Source of the DNA: a virus
Lineage: Duplodnaviria > Caudoviricetes
Reading direction: 5' to 3' (one strand)
IMG/VR virus record: IMGVR_UViG_2914436621_000001
Span: 53,490-117,489 of that record
Length of the DNA: 64,000 bases
Part shown: piece after piece, positions 37,213 through 45,747 of the stretch
Numbering within the stretch: position 1 is the first letter of the stretch
How the letters are laid out: each line of letters starts with the position of its first letter
Made by a program: the position numbers and the translations under genes
Notes under the pieces: generated by a model
Told to the model about the DNA's origin: nothing
What the model saw: the letters and a program-made list of their open reading frames with translations, nothing else
Database searches by the model: none

Positions 37213-37240
37213 GCTAATGATAATGGGCGTTTTCGTTAGT
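37213..37240. promoter_or_regulatory. dif/res-like 11-6-11 recombination site candidate
   Basis: GCTAATGATAA-TGGGCG-TTTTCGTTAGT imperfect inverted repeat immediately upstream of the resolvase ATG. Confidence 0.55.
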
Positions 37241-37289
37241 TAGAAATGCTTGATATATATGCGTTTCAGCGATCGCCGTGTAATGGCAA

Positions 37290-37316
37290 TAAAAAACCCC
37301 GCCAATGACGGGGTTT
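37290..37316 (-). terminator. Intrinsic terminator
   Basis: Minus strand AACCCCGTC-ATT-GGCGGGGTTTTTT after gene 37348-38190. Confidence 0.75.
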
Positions 37317-37347
37317 GTGTGAGTTGAGAAGGGGAGAAATTACGAAA

Positions 37348-38190
37348 TCATGCAGGTTGCAAGGATTTGTGCATTTTTTGAGCTTCAGTCAGCAATCCGT
37401 TGTAAACCTTGGCCTCCTCTTTCTTGTATTTGAGGGCGATCGCCTGTGCCACCTTAGTCAGCCAAGCTTGAGCCTGGTCGCTTTGAGCTGCAATTTCATC
37501 AAGGTACTCTGAACGATCTTTCTCCGGAATCAGGCGCTCCAGGCAAATGCGGTAACGATTGATCACCTGAAACTCAAAGTTCTTAGGCAGCTTCATTTTG
37601 CTGGACTTTCTCGCCTTTGGCTTTGATGCTTCCGTATCAGATTCAGGTTCGGAGACAGGTGGTTCTGCAACTGCCGTTGTCGCGCCGTTTTGAACTTGAG
37701 GCTGTGTGTTTATGAATGTCGTAATTCGAGCGCCAACCCGCTCACGAACCCGCTGCTCAAGCGAACCGTCTTTCATCCGCTGGGATAGGGCTTGATCAAT
37801 TGCTTCGTTCACCGCCTTATCTACTTCCTGGTCAATTACCTGATCTACGGTCTGGTCAATCGTTGCAGTTGCCATTGCTGGTGACTCCAGTTCATCTTCA
37901 TCAAACGATGACTCTGATTCTAGACCACCCTCAAGGGTAGAGCCTTGCCAATGAACCGCTTTCGCAAAGCAAATTAGCAATCGATCGCCTCCCAGCACCA
38001 AAAATGCCATGCGGCGAATGTGCTCCAGTCTTACCATTAACTCGTTCACCTGTTCTAGATCGAAGCAGTGAATTTGGATTTGGTTGTCCGCATCCCGGTA
38101 CAGACCGACTTTGCCCACTTGCAGAATGTCATCAGCAAACCGGCTGAAGCGCGATCGCTCCAACTTACTAAAATCTTCGTTGGTCAACAT
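37348..38190 (-). CDS. Hypothetical protein
   Basis: 280 aa ORF followed by a terminator. Confidence 0.7.
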   Translation of the reverse strand: MLTNEDFSKLERSRFSRFADDILQVGKVGLYRDADNQIQIHCFDLEQVNELMVRLEHIRRMAFLVLGGDRLLICFAKAVHWQGSTLEGGLESESSFDEDELESPAMATATIDQTVDQVIDQEVDKAVNEAIDQALSQRMKDGSLEQRVRERVGARITTFINTQPQVQNGATTAVAEPPVSEPESDTEASKPKARKSSKMKLPKNFEFQVINRYRICLERLIPEKDRSEYLDEIAAQSDQAQAWLTKVAQAIALKYKKEEAKVYNGLLTEAQKMHKSLQPA

Positions 38191-38226
38191 GGCGGCAGTA
38201 ATTCTCTATCTATGGGGCGCGTCCAA

Positions 38227-38667
38227 TTAGAGTAGGGTTCTGACAATTTCAGCCAACCGCAACAAGGCTTCGTAGTACGTCTCTTGCAAGTAACGCTCAA
38301 AGCTATCAGTCAGGGTTGAATGGGCAAAGTAATGTGCCATCAGTTGACCCAGCTCCGGGCAGTCTGGCTCGAAGTGTTGGGCGATCGCGCTGCTGTAGGG
38401 TTCTGGCAGCCGATAGAGTGCCTTCCGCATCGTGTCGCTGTCGAGTTGGCTCTCTAATGGGCGACCAGGAATGAGTTGTTCTAGGGGAAGGTACAGACGG
38501 GAGAGATCGTAGACCTCGTCGAGTGTTCCTGCCCAAAATTTAGCTAGGCAATCTTCCAGTTCAGCCAGGTCAGCGTAGCTTGTGACCGTATCAATCTCGT
38601 CGATCGCATCTGAAACCGAGACGAAGGCATCTTCCAGGGTGAGGGTTTCAAGCATGTCCGCCTCCAT
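38227..38667 (-). CDS. Acidic hypothetical protein
   Basis: ORF in minus-strand operon. Confidence 0.6.
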   Translation of the reverse strand: MEADMLETLTLEDAFVSVSDAIDEIDTVTSYADLAELEDCLAKFWAGTLDEVYDLSRLYLPLEQLIPGRPLESQLDSDTMRKALYRLPEPYSSAIAQHFEPDCPELGQLMAHYFAHSTLTDSFERYLQETYYEALLRLAEIVRTLL

Positions 38668-39040
38668 CAATACTGAAGAGGTTGGCGCGGAAATCGGAAC
38701 GGGAACCACATTCTTGGCGAGCCAGTTCTTTCTCTGCTTTGGCAGTCAGCAGACGGGTGTCGTGTGCTTCGTCAATTTCGATGATCCGCTGCATATTCGC
38801 CGCCATCCATCGCCGAACTTCAGCCTTCTGTCGAGACGACATCTGCCCATCTTTGAGATGCTCTTCGACAATTCGCAATGCTCCCTGGCGGGTAGAGCGG
38901 CTTTTACTTTTAGTGCCAAGCCGTTTTTTTAGGTTGTAGTGAATCGTGGAGCGGGGAGTTTGAAGATGCTTTTCCAGCGCTCTGACAGTCCAACCCCGAA
39001 GAAATAATAGGCAGGCGCGATCGGCTATGGCGGCATTCAT
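38648..39040 (-). CDS. HTH protein (possible late-gene regulator)
   Basis: GWTVRALEKHLQTPRSTIHYNL HTH; heads the cluster upstream of packaging genes. Confidence 0.55.
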   Translation of the reverse strand: MNAAIADRACLLFLRGWTVRALEKHLQTPRSTIHYNLKKRLGTKSKSRSTRQGALRIVEEHLKDGQMSSRQKAEVRRWMAANMQRIIEIDEAHDTRLLTAKAEKELARQECGSRSDFRANLFSIDGGGHA

Positions 39041-39243
39041 GATGAATCTGTGGCGAGTTGGGTGGGGGCCGTCATTTCTCGCTACAGACCGAAGAGAAGG
39101 CGATCGCCGTCTGAGCAGAACCAATGAAAGGCGTATTTACAATCTGCCCTGTCCTAAATTTAGTAGTACTAGTGATTCAACGGAAACTCTTCATATTGAG
39201 TTGCAAAAGATACTGTGTAGTTCCCGTAAAGTGGTGCTTCTGA

Positions 39244-40077
39244 TTAACTAGAAAACCGTGATTTTAACCGCATCCATTGGCTGCGTAGCCACCAGAACTT
39301 GCTAGATTCCATCGCATCAACTCTGGATTCGGCGCGCTTGAGGCGATTACGCACCTGCTTCAATTCACGATGCATCTGCTCTACTTCTGCTGTTACGGGA
39401 TTTGGAGCATCTAGAGATTGATAAAATTCAGCGATCGCTTGCCGGTTGCTCGTTTTTCCTTTCACCCAATAGGCTTGATCTGTCTCGATGCGTTCAAGCA
39501 GTGGCTTTTCACTATGCCTGACACAAAAATCGTAGAAAGCCTCTCTACATCCCTCCCAATAACCAAAATCGTCTAGAACGGTACAGCCGCCATTGGGAAC
39601 CAACGGGTAAAACTTTTCCAGTACTTCTGTTACGGAAGAGTACCAGTCCGCATCACAGTGCAGGAGTGCAACTTTGGTTGGACCATCTTCCTGAAATGTG
39701 TCACTAAACCATCCTGCTTTAATGATGTAGCGCTCAGATGATGTGCCGACGCGCTGCATTACTTCATGCACGTCATTGGGACTGGCAGCACACTCACCGA
39801 TGTACTGTTTAGCGTCCTCTCCATCTCTCTCTGTGGTCTGGGGCATCCCCTGGAACCCTTCATACAGCCAGAGGCGGCGATCGCCCATAAATTGCGACAA
39901 GACTGCCGCCGATCCTCCTTTAAACGCACCGCATTCGACAATGTCGCCTTCAATCCTCTGATTATTCAAGTATTGGCAAATCCGAATTAAATTTTTCAGC
40001 CGTCCCTCTGACAGCAGGGTGTGCGATCGAACTTGCTCAATTAGAGATGCGATTGCCTTGGGCGAATAATCTTGCAT
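39244..40077 (-). CDS. TylF/MycF/NovP-family O-methyltransferase
   Basis: EGDIVECGAFKGGS, FQGMP, GWFSDT, ALLHCDADWYSS, LDDFGYWEGCREA. Confidence 0.9.
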   Translation of the reverse strand: MQDYSPKAIASLIEQVRSHTLLSEGRLKNLIRICQYLNNQRIEGDIVECGAFKGGSAAVLSQFMGDRRLWLYEGFQGMPQTTERDGEDAKQYIGECAASPNDVHEVMQRVGTSSERYIIKAGWFSDTFQEDGPTKVALLHCDADWYSSVTEVLEKFYPLVPNGGCTVLDDFGYWEGCREAFYDFCVRHSEKPLLERIETDQAYWVKGKTSNRQAIAEFYQSLDAPNPVTAEVEQMHRELKQVRNRLKRAESRVDAMESSKFWWLRSQWMRLKSRFSS

Positions 40078-40087
40078 TTCCTTCCCC

Positions 40088-40645
40088 CTAGAACGTGATT
40101 TTGCCAATTCGCCACGCTAACTGCCTGCCAACCCGACCTGCCTTGGTAAAGGTGAACCCATAGCGATCGCCTGCTTTTGGGGCAATGCCCAGAATCTGGC
40201 GGAGCTGCGAACTGCTGACAGTCCAACCCTGTTCGCAAATTTCCTGGAGCTGACGTTGTGGAGCAAGGGGATCAGAAGCCGGAGGTTGGAGGCGGGCGGC
40301 GATCGCTTCTACAAATAGGAGCCAGGCTGGGGATGTGGACAAATCAGCCGACGTGTGAACAAGTTCATGGACGGGTGCGTTGCGTTCACGAACTTGTTCA
40401 CCTTGAGAACTGGATTGAGCATAACTTACTGCAAACTCTGCTGCCGCTGCTGGGTTCTCAGCCAAGAGCCGACAGTACTCATCTAGCGCTTTTAGCTGCT
40501 CAAAGGTGATAAATGCTGCTTTACCAACCCTGAACGGCTTGATGTTCAGGATGCCCATGTATTCGTACACCTTGGTTTTGCCAAGGGTGTAGCGATCGGG
40601 GTAGAGGCTGGCGACGGGGATTTTATCAATCACTTCTGCACTCAT
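40088..40645 (-). CDS. HTH-type plasmid-like DNA-binding protein
   Basis: RYTLGKTKVYEYMGILNIKP N-terminal HTH-like region. Confidence 0.55.
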   Translation of the reverse strand: MSAEVIDKIPVASLYPDRYTLGKTKVYEYMGILNIKPFRVGKAAFITFEQLKALDEYCRLLAENPAAAAEFAVSYAQSSSQGEQVRERNAPVHELVHTSADLSTSPAWLLFVEAIAARLQPPASDPLAPQRQLQEICEQGWTVSSSQLRQILGIAPKAGDRYGFTFTKAGRVGRQLAWRIGKITF

Positions 40646-40769
40646 GGACACGTTCGCGAGCACGTCCACACTAGTTTAGTGGAGCGGATGATTTTACCCA
40701 ACAAAATGCCGCCCTGAGAACTAGAGCGGCATTGCTACCTGTCTCAACTGCTACCTATCTCAAAGAGAT

Positions 40770-41054
40770 TCACTCTTTGTCGTCTGCCAGCTCACCTGAC
40801 TCCTCCCACTTCTTGAGGCGAGTCCTTACCTTCTTGTTGACTAGCACACTGTTGCTGCCGCTGGAATAAGCATGAAATCCAAGAACAATGCACAGCCTGA
40901 TGAATTCTGCATCCTTCCACCCGTCCGCATCCGCGATCTCCTGCATCTGCTCTAAAAACTGAGGAGGTAACGACGTTCTCACCTCGATCATTTTGGGTGT
41001 GTTGGTCTGTGGAGACATCGAATCTACGTTAGAAGGGTGTTCTATCGCACTCAT
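40770..41054 (-). CDS. RHH/CopG-like regulator divergent from transfer-like operon
   Basis: EVRTSLPPQFLEQMQEIADADGWKDAEFIR RHH pattern. Confidence 0.6.
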   Translation of the reverse strand: MSAIEHPSNVDSMSPQTNTPKMIEVRTSLPPQFLEQMQEIADADGWKDAEFIRLCIVLGFHAYSSGSNSVLVNKKVRTRLKKWEESGELADDKE

Positions 41055-41099
41055 ATTACCGGAATCCTTGACACGATAGAAAAATTTTACTCCTTTAAG

Positions 41100-41181
41100 T
41101 CTCCGTTCTATCACCGTTAGAACGGAGATATGCTATGTTTTGCCTATACAACAACACAACATGGGTACAACGTTGTACCCA
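41100..41181. promoter_or_regulatory. Divergent control region with two perfect inverted repeats
   Basis: TCTCCGTTCTA-N7-TAGAACGGAGA (41100-41128) and 20-bp palindrome TGGGTACAACGTTGTACCCA (41162-41181). Confidence 0.7.
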
Positions 41182-41216
41182 ACCTGTGTACACAACACCC
41201 CAAAACTGGAGGAAAA

Positions 41217-41783
41217 ATGCCCTATTCCAAGCAAGATTTGGCGAAGTTGTACGAGATTCACCCCAATACCGTTTACAACATTTGCAAAGCAATGGGGGTT
41301 AGCAATAAGTCGAGCTACCCTGACGAGTTTTTGCCCAAGTTTGAACACGCTCAGCAATTGGTCGCTGAGGGTGGTTATGACGAAGTTCGCAAGCACTATC
41401 AGCCGCAAGCGAAGCAGGTTCACCATCAAACCGCTGACACCCAAAGTGCAGATGCTTACACCAACTCCTCTGAAGAAGATGCTGCAACTGGGTTAGACAT
41501 GGAGATTTTTGAAACCGTCAACGATCTGATGAAAGGGAAGGCACAAGAAGCTGCCCAGATTGCTGCACCCCTATTCGCTATTCATTTCAATAAAGAGCTG
41601 AGTGGGGACAACTCCCACCTAAAAAAGGGATTTGCCACATTGCGGCGGAGATTGAAGGAGACGACTGCGGGCGACGGGAAGAACTTGCTGACTACGGGGC
41701 TTCAGATGAGATCTGCGCTGCCCTCGATGCAGCCACAACTGAGCTTATCGGCAGCATCAACCAACGAATTGACCAACGAGTAA
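41217..41783 (+). CDS. HTH protein, first gene of transfer-like operon
   Basis: GGAGG RBS; SKQDLAKLYEIHPNTVYN HTH. Confidence 0.7.
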   Translation: MPYSKQDLAKLYEIHPNTVYNICKAMGVSNKSSYPDEFLPKFEHAQQLVAEGGYDEVRKHYQPQAKQVHHQTADTQSADAYTNSSEEDAATGLDMEIFETVNDLMKGKAQEAAQIAAPLFAIHFNKELSGDNSHLKKGFATLRRRLKETTAGDGKNLLTTGLQMRSALPSMQPQLSLSAASTNELTNE

Positions 41784-41800
41784 AGCAGGGCAAATTACTG

Positions 41801-41983
41801 ATGTTCCACAGATTTCTTCAGGGCGGAATGATTGCTTCTAGTGTTGTCATCGCGGTTGGCACGATCGCCAATGTGCTATTCCCACCAGCGATCGTCCTCA
41901 CCGCTGCGATGCTCGGCGGGTTGGCTCAAGCGTCCGCACCTGAACCCAGAGTTGTTTATGTCACAACGAGGTACAGACCATGA
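41801..41983 (+). CDS. Small membrane protein
   Basis: Two hydrophobic segments; stop overlaps next start. Confidence 0.6.
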   Translation: MFHRFLQGGMIASSVVIAVGTIANVLFPPAIVLTAAMLGGLAQASAPEPRVVYVTTRYRP

Positions 41984-42387
41984 CCATGAGCCGAATCATC
42001 AAAGCTGCCATTGCGATCGCCGTCCCTCTGCTTTTAGCTGGGGGGTCTGTTCTATCAATCAGGCATCACGCCCTTGAAGAATCTCAGGACTTAATCGATC
42101 GCCAGGGGTTGAACGGGATGCTGTCACCCATCGGGGAGGATGCCCAGCAAACCATGTTGTCTACGGCCAGAGATGGGGTGTTTACTGGATTAGCTGTTGG
42201 GTTGGTTGGCGCAACTGCGATCGCCTATGGTGTATCGCTGTTGCGAACTCCTCAGCCTCCATCAACCGGTTCAACTGAATTGAAAGACTTGCTCTCTCAG
42301 CTCAATTTCAAGGTTGATGAGCTGCGATTTGAGGTTGGACTTTTCAACATTGCCAATGACCATCAACCCGATAAGGAGGGACAGTGA
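41980..42387 (+). CDS. Two-TM membrane protein
   Basis: Hydrophobic segments, coupled start/stop. Confidence 0.7.
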   Translation: MTMSRIIKAAIAIAVPLLLAGGSVLSIRHHALEESQDLIDRQGLNGMLSPIGEDAQQTMLSTARDGVFTGLAVGLVGATAIAYGVSLLRTPQPPSTGSTELKDLLSQLNFKVDELRFEVGLFNIANDHQPDKEGQ

Positions 42388-43244
42388 TGAGGCAGGCAGA
42401 ATCGGTGCCCGTCGATTACGAGATTCCGTTAGGTGAGAGCAAGCCTGTTCGCCGGGAAACTCAGCCGATCGCCAATCCCAAAGCGGTGGCCGCACTGAAT
42501 GTCTCACGCCACCTTCAACGCCACTGGCGCTCCTATGCCGTTGGTGCTGGGTTCTCTGTGTTGATGCTGGTGTACACATCGCAGTGGCAAAAACAGCAAT
42601 CGCCCCGACAGTTAGACAACCCGACTGATGCACGGGTGATTCCGGCTTACAACGAGTCTCAGCTCATCGTTGAGCAAATGGGTGCGCTGGAGCAGAGGGA
42701 GCGTAATCTTTCGGCATTCCTACATGAGGAACGGCAGCGCACCCTGATTGCGCTTGCCCAAGCCTACCGAGCGCTTGCCACGATGTACATCTCCAGCGGC
42801 GGCCATCCCTGCAATGGTCGGACGGTGCTGGAATGCCTGAGGACGTTTGAGCCAAACCGGATAGCGGAACTGCGATCGCTGTCCTCTCGAAATTGGTCAG
42901 CCGTAGATGCCAACCCCAACAACGTCCTCCTTCCGCTGTTAACCAAAGCGGCAGAGGCCGACAAAGTTGAAGGGCTGCGCCTGGCGGTAATCCTGGAAAT
43001 CCCCTCCACCTCGCGTCCTCAATGGATGCAGGATGAGTTGGATTTGCGTTATCCGCTACTGGCTTCCGGCATCCCACCGGAAGAAATGCAGCCTCGACCC
43101 GAAACCCTCGCCAATCTGCTAGGGGGTGTGCGTGACCAGCGGCAGCAAATTCTAAACGGTTCGCAGGAGAAATCCGCTCGAACCGAGCGGTGCTTGTCGA
43201 TGCCAGAAGAGGAACGAGTTTTAGATCCTGGGTGCCTGCAATGA
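42384..43244 (+). CDS. Single-TM membrane-anchored protein
   Basis: GGAGG RBS, TM segment then coiled coil. Confidence 0.7.
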   Translation: MMRQAESVPVDYEIPLGESKPVRRETQPIANPKAVAALNVSRHLQRHWRSYAVGAGFSVLMLVYTSQWQKQQSPRQLDNPTDARVIPAYNESQLIVEQMGALEQRERNLSAFLHEERQRTLIALAQAYRALATMYISSGGHPCNGRTVLECLRTFEPNRIAELRSLSSRNWSAVDANPNNVLLPLLTKAAEADKVEGLRLAVILEIPSTSRPQWMQDELDLRYPLLASGIPPEEMQPRPETLANLLGGVRDQRQQILNGSQEKSARTERCLSMPEEERVLDPGCLQ

Positions 43245-44512
43245 CACGTTTACCTTGGTTTGTTGCGGGTGGTTCGATCGCCGTTGCTGGGTTTTTCGGT
43301 GCGCGATCGCTTCATATGAATATCCCGGATGCGGTCGATAAATCGCATCCAGGCAAAATCGTGGTGGAGTTTGCCCAACCCAATCCAGCCCAGGGTAAGC
43401 TACTCAGCCTGGTCGCGGCTGGCAGCACCGCTGGTTGTTTATGGATGGGGATGCGGGGGGATTCTGCTCAAAGTAGCGAAACGGCATTGCCAGTCAAAAC
43501 GGCTCCTGCTATCAGGCAGTCGTTCGATGAAGAGGATTTAGCAGTTCCCCTAGAACGGGTTACCCCGGCGCGCTCGGCTCGATCGCAGTCCATTGCCAAA
43601 GAGCAGCCGACAGCCTCTGTTCCTGAAGAGTCGGTTCTGTTTGAGCGATTATTCAACCATCGCAAACGTCATCTGTTAGTGCCTGCCGAAACGGGCGCGG
43701 GGAAGACGACGTTTTTGTTAGGGGCGATCGAATACTTCTGGCACCGCACAGGCGGAGAGCTGGAGGTGTACGGCTCCACGGTCAAGCCTAGCCCCTGGTT
43801 GGGTTTGGAGGATCTAAAAGCTGGCGACGGCAAGCCACACGTTTTGAAACTGACGATTGATGCCCCACATCAAATCATCAAACTGTTGGAACGGCTGCGT
43901 TGGCTTGAGCGCAAGCTGGTTGCAGCTCAACAAGAGCGCGATCGAGCTGAGCAAGCAGGGCAAGTGTATGTTCCCAAAGTCCGCACGCTGATCGTGCTGG
44001 ATGAGTGGAACAAGACTTTAGCGCTGGCTCAAAAATTCGATCGCCTCAACTCCGGCAACAGCGACGACGAACCCAGGCTTCGAGCGGAAGATGAGCTGAT
44101 TGCGCTAGTTGAGACCTTTCTGCTCATGGGTCGGGAGGATGAATTTGCAGTCTGGCTGTTTGGGCAGGATCATCAAGTCCAAAACGCCAAAATCAATACG
44201 GGCTACCAAAAATCCTTTGGGATTGTAGTTCCCGGTCGGCTTGGGTCGATGCAAGGGATGGAGCAAGCACTCACGGGGAGGACGGCTATCGTTGGTCAAC
44301 CGCGTGGCAGGGAGATTTTGCAAGAGGCGGAGCGGGTTGCAGAAGCTAGCCCAGAAACGACGATTATCTACAGCAACTTGCACGGGCATGAGGTTCTAGA
44401 AGTTCCGCATTTGCCCGGTATCAAGCAACAACGTCTGTTTGCTCGTCAAGCCCCATCCAATGTGGTTCAAGGACGATTTAATCCAGAGCCGCTGAGTGAT
44501 GTGTGGGCATAA
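43241..44512 (+). CDS. Membrane-anchored FtsK/HerA-superfamily ATPase
   Basis: Two N-terminal TMs, Walker A AETGAGKT, Walker B LIVLDEW, GRE...WLFGQ motif. Confidence 0.8.
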   Translation: MTRLPWFVAGGSIAVAGFFGARSLHMNIPDAVDKSHPGKIVVEFAQPNPAQGKLLSLVAAGSTAGCLWMGMRGDSAQSSETALPVKTAPAIRQSFDEEDLAVPLERVTPARSARSQSIAKEQPTASVPEESVLFERLFNHRKRHLLVPAETGAGKTTFLLGAIEYFWHRTGGELEVYGSTVKPSPWLGLEDLKAGDGKPHVLKLTIDAPHQIIKLLERLRWLERKLVAAQQERDRAEQAGQVYVPKVRTLIVLDEWNKTLALAQKFDRLNSGNSDDEPRLRAEDELIALVETFLLMGREDEFAVWLFGQDHQVQNAKINTGYQKSFGIVVPGRLGSMQGMEQALTGRTAIVGQPRGREILQEAERVAEASPETTIIYSNLHGHEVLEVPHLPGIKQQRLFARQAPSNVVQGRFNPEPLSDVWA

Positions 44513-44539
44513 ATTTCAACCAATCTACAGGAGAATCTC

Positions 44540-44869
44540 ATGAGTCAGCAGAACGATCGCACCAAATTTGACGTATTCAGTATCAACCTTCTCAATCCAA
44601 TTGAAGCGTCTTGGAAAATTGCTGGATGGTTGATGGTTGGCATCCCGTTTATGGTTGCCGTTGTCTGGGGCATCTACAACCCAGACAACTTATTCAGCGT
44701 CCTCGGCATCTCTGGCCGTAGAGCTGGAGGTGCATTTATCAACGAAACTCGTCCAGTCGGAGAATCGCTGCTAAACGGTGCATCCGGCACCGGATTCCGG
44801 CCTGGGATAACTGGCGGAACGCAAGATGAGCAGCGTGATTCCCTGCGCCCTGGTGTAGTTGAGCAATGA
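44540..44869 (+). CDS. Membrane protein
   Basis: AGGAG RBS, TM segment. Confidence 0.65.
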   Translation: MSQQNDRTKFDVFSINLLNPIEASWKIAGWLMVGIPFMVAVVWGIYNPDNLFSVLGISGRRAGGAFINETRPVGESLLNGASGTGFRPGITGGTQDEQRDSLRPGVVEQ

Positions 44870-45327
44870 TTCAAGGGTTGCGGTGGCGACATATCGGCTG
44901 GATGTGTCTGTTCCTACTGCTGTTATTTATGACCGCAACGGCAGAGGGGGCCTACCGGCTCAACTGGCAGATTGCCTCTAAGAGTTGGCAGCAGTTAACG
45001 GCGGGAGGTCAAGGTCTGTGGCAGAAGCAGACAGAGGTGGCGCAGCAACTTGATCGGGCATCGCAGCAGCGATACGGTTATGACCCGATCGAGCCTCGTT
45101 CATCAGAATGTGTCACCGCTCCACAATCCAGCCAGGTCTTGCAAACGGGGGAACTGTCCTCTCTGCTATCCAATCCGCCAGTAAGCCGAGAGGATGCGAT
45201 CGCCCGATTAGAGCAACCCTACTGCCAAGTTGTAACCGGAGCGGATATTTGGCTGGTTGGCGCTAGTCAGTTTTTGGAAGTTTATTACAGTCCAGTTTCA
45301 TTTCAGTTAAGGGAAGTTGAACAGTGA
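44866..45327 (+). CDS. Exported/membrane-anchored protein
   Basis: Signal-peptide-like N-terminus, coupled to previous gene. Confidence 0.65.
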   Translation: MIQGLRWRHIGWMCLFLLLLFMTATAEGAYRLNWQIASKSWQQLTAGGQGLWQKQTEVAQQLDRASQQRYGYDPIEPRSSECVTAPQSSQVLQTGELSSLLSNPPVSREDAIARLEQPYCQVVTGADIWLVGASQFLEVYYSPVSFQLREVEQ

Positions 45328-45500
45328 ATCTGTTGAGAAATTTATTCGGACGACAGAAAGTGATGCGTCTGGAGACCTGGCATCCTGTGTGGTCTGACGA
45401 TGTGTATCATGAGCCGCCTCCAGATGAACCAGTCTGGTCTGACGATGTTGACGACGATGACGATGACAGCCTTCTTGATGAAGAAGACGAGGGACGGTAA
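45324..45500 (+). CDS. Small acidic peptide (not in ORF track)
   Basis: GTG overlapping previous stop; 58 aa with PVWSDDV twice and poly-Asp. Confidence 0.45.
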   Translation: MNLLRNLFGRQKVMRLETWHPVWSDDVYHEPPPDEPVWSDDVDDDDDDSLLDEEDEGR

Positions 45501-45576
45501 CTGTTGAACTCTGGCTGTCGGCATTTCTAGAGCTTTACTACAACCCAGTTTCGTTTCAACTCAGGGAGATTGAGCC

Positions 45577-45738
45577 ATGACTAAGAACTACAAAACCTTA
45601 TTCGTTTCGCAGGACGGAGACGCTGATTTGCACACCGAGGCAACAGGACATCAGCGTATTGATGGAGTGAATGGATATAACGCAGTGCCCATCAATAATG
45701 TGTATCAAAACGGCAAATCTGCAAAACAGTCAAAATAA
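45577..45738 (+). CDS. Small hypothetical protein (not in ORF track)
   Basis: GGGAG RBS, 53 aa MTKNYKTLF... Confidence 0.45.
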   Translation: MTKNYKTLFVSQDGDADLHTEATGHQRIDGVNGYNAVPINNVYQNGKSAKQSK

Positions 45739-45747
45739 GAAGCTCTC

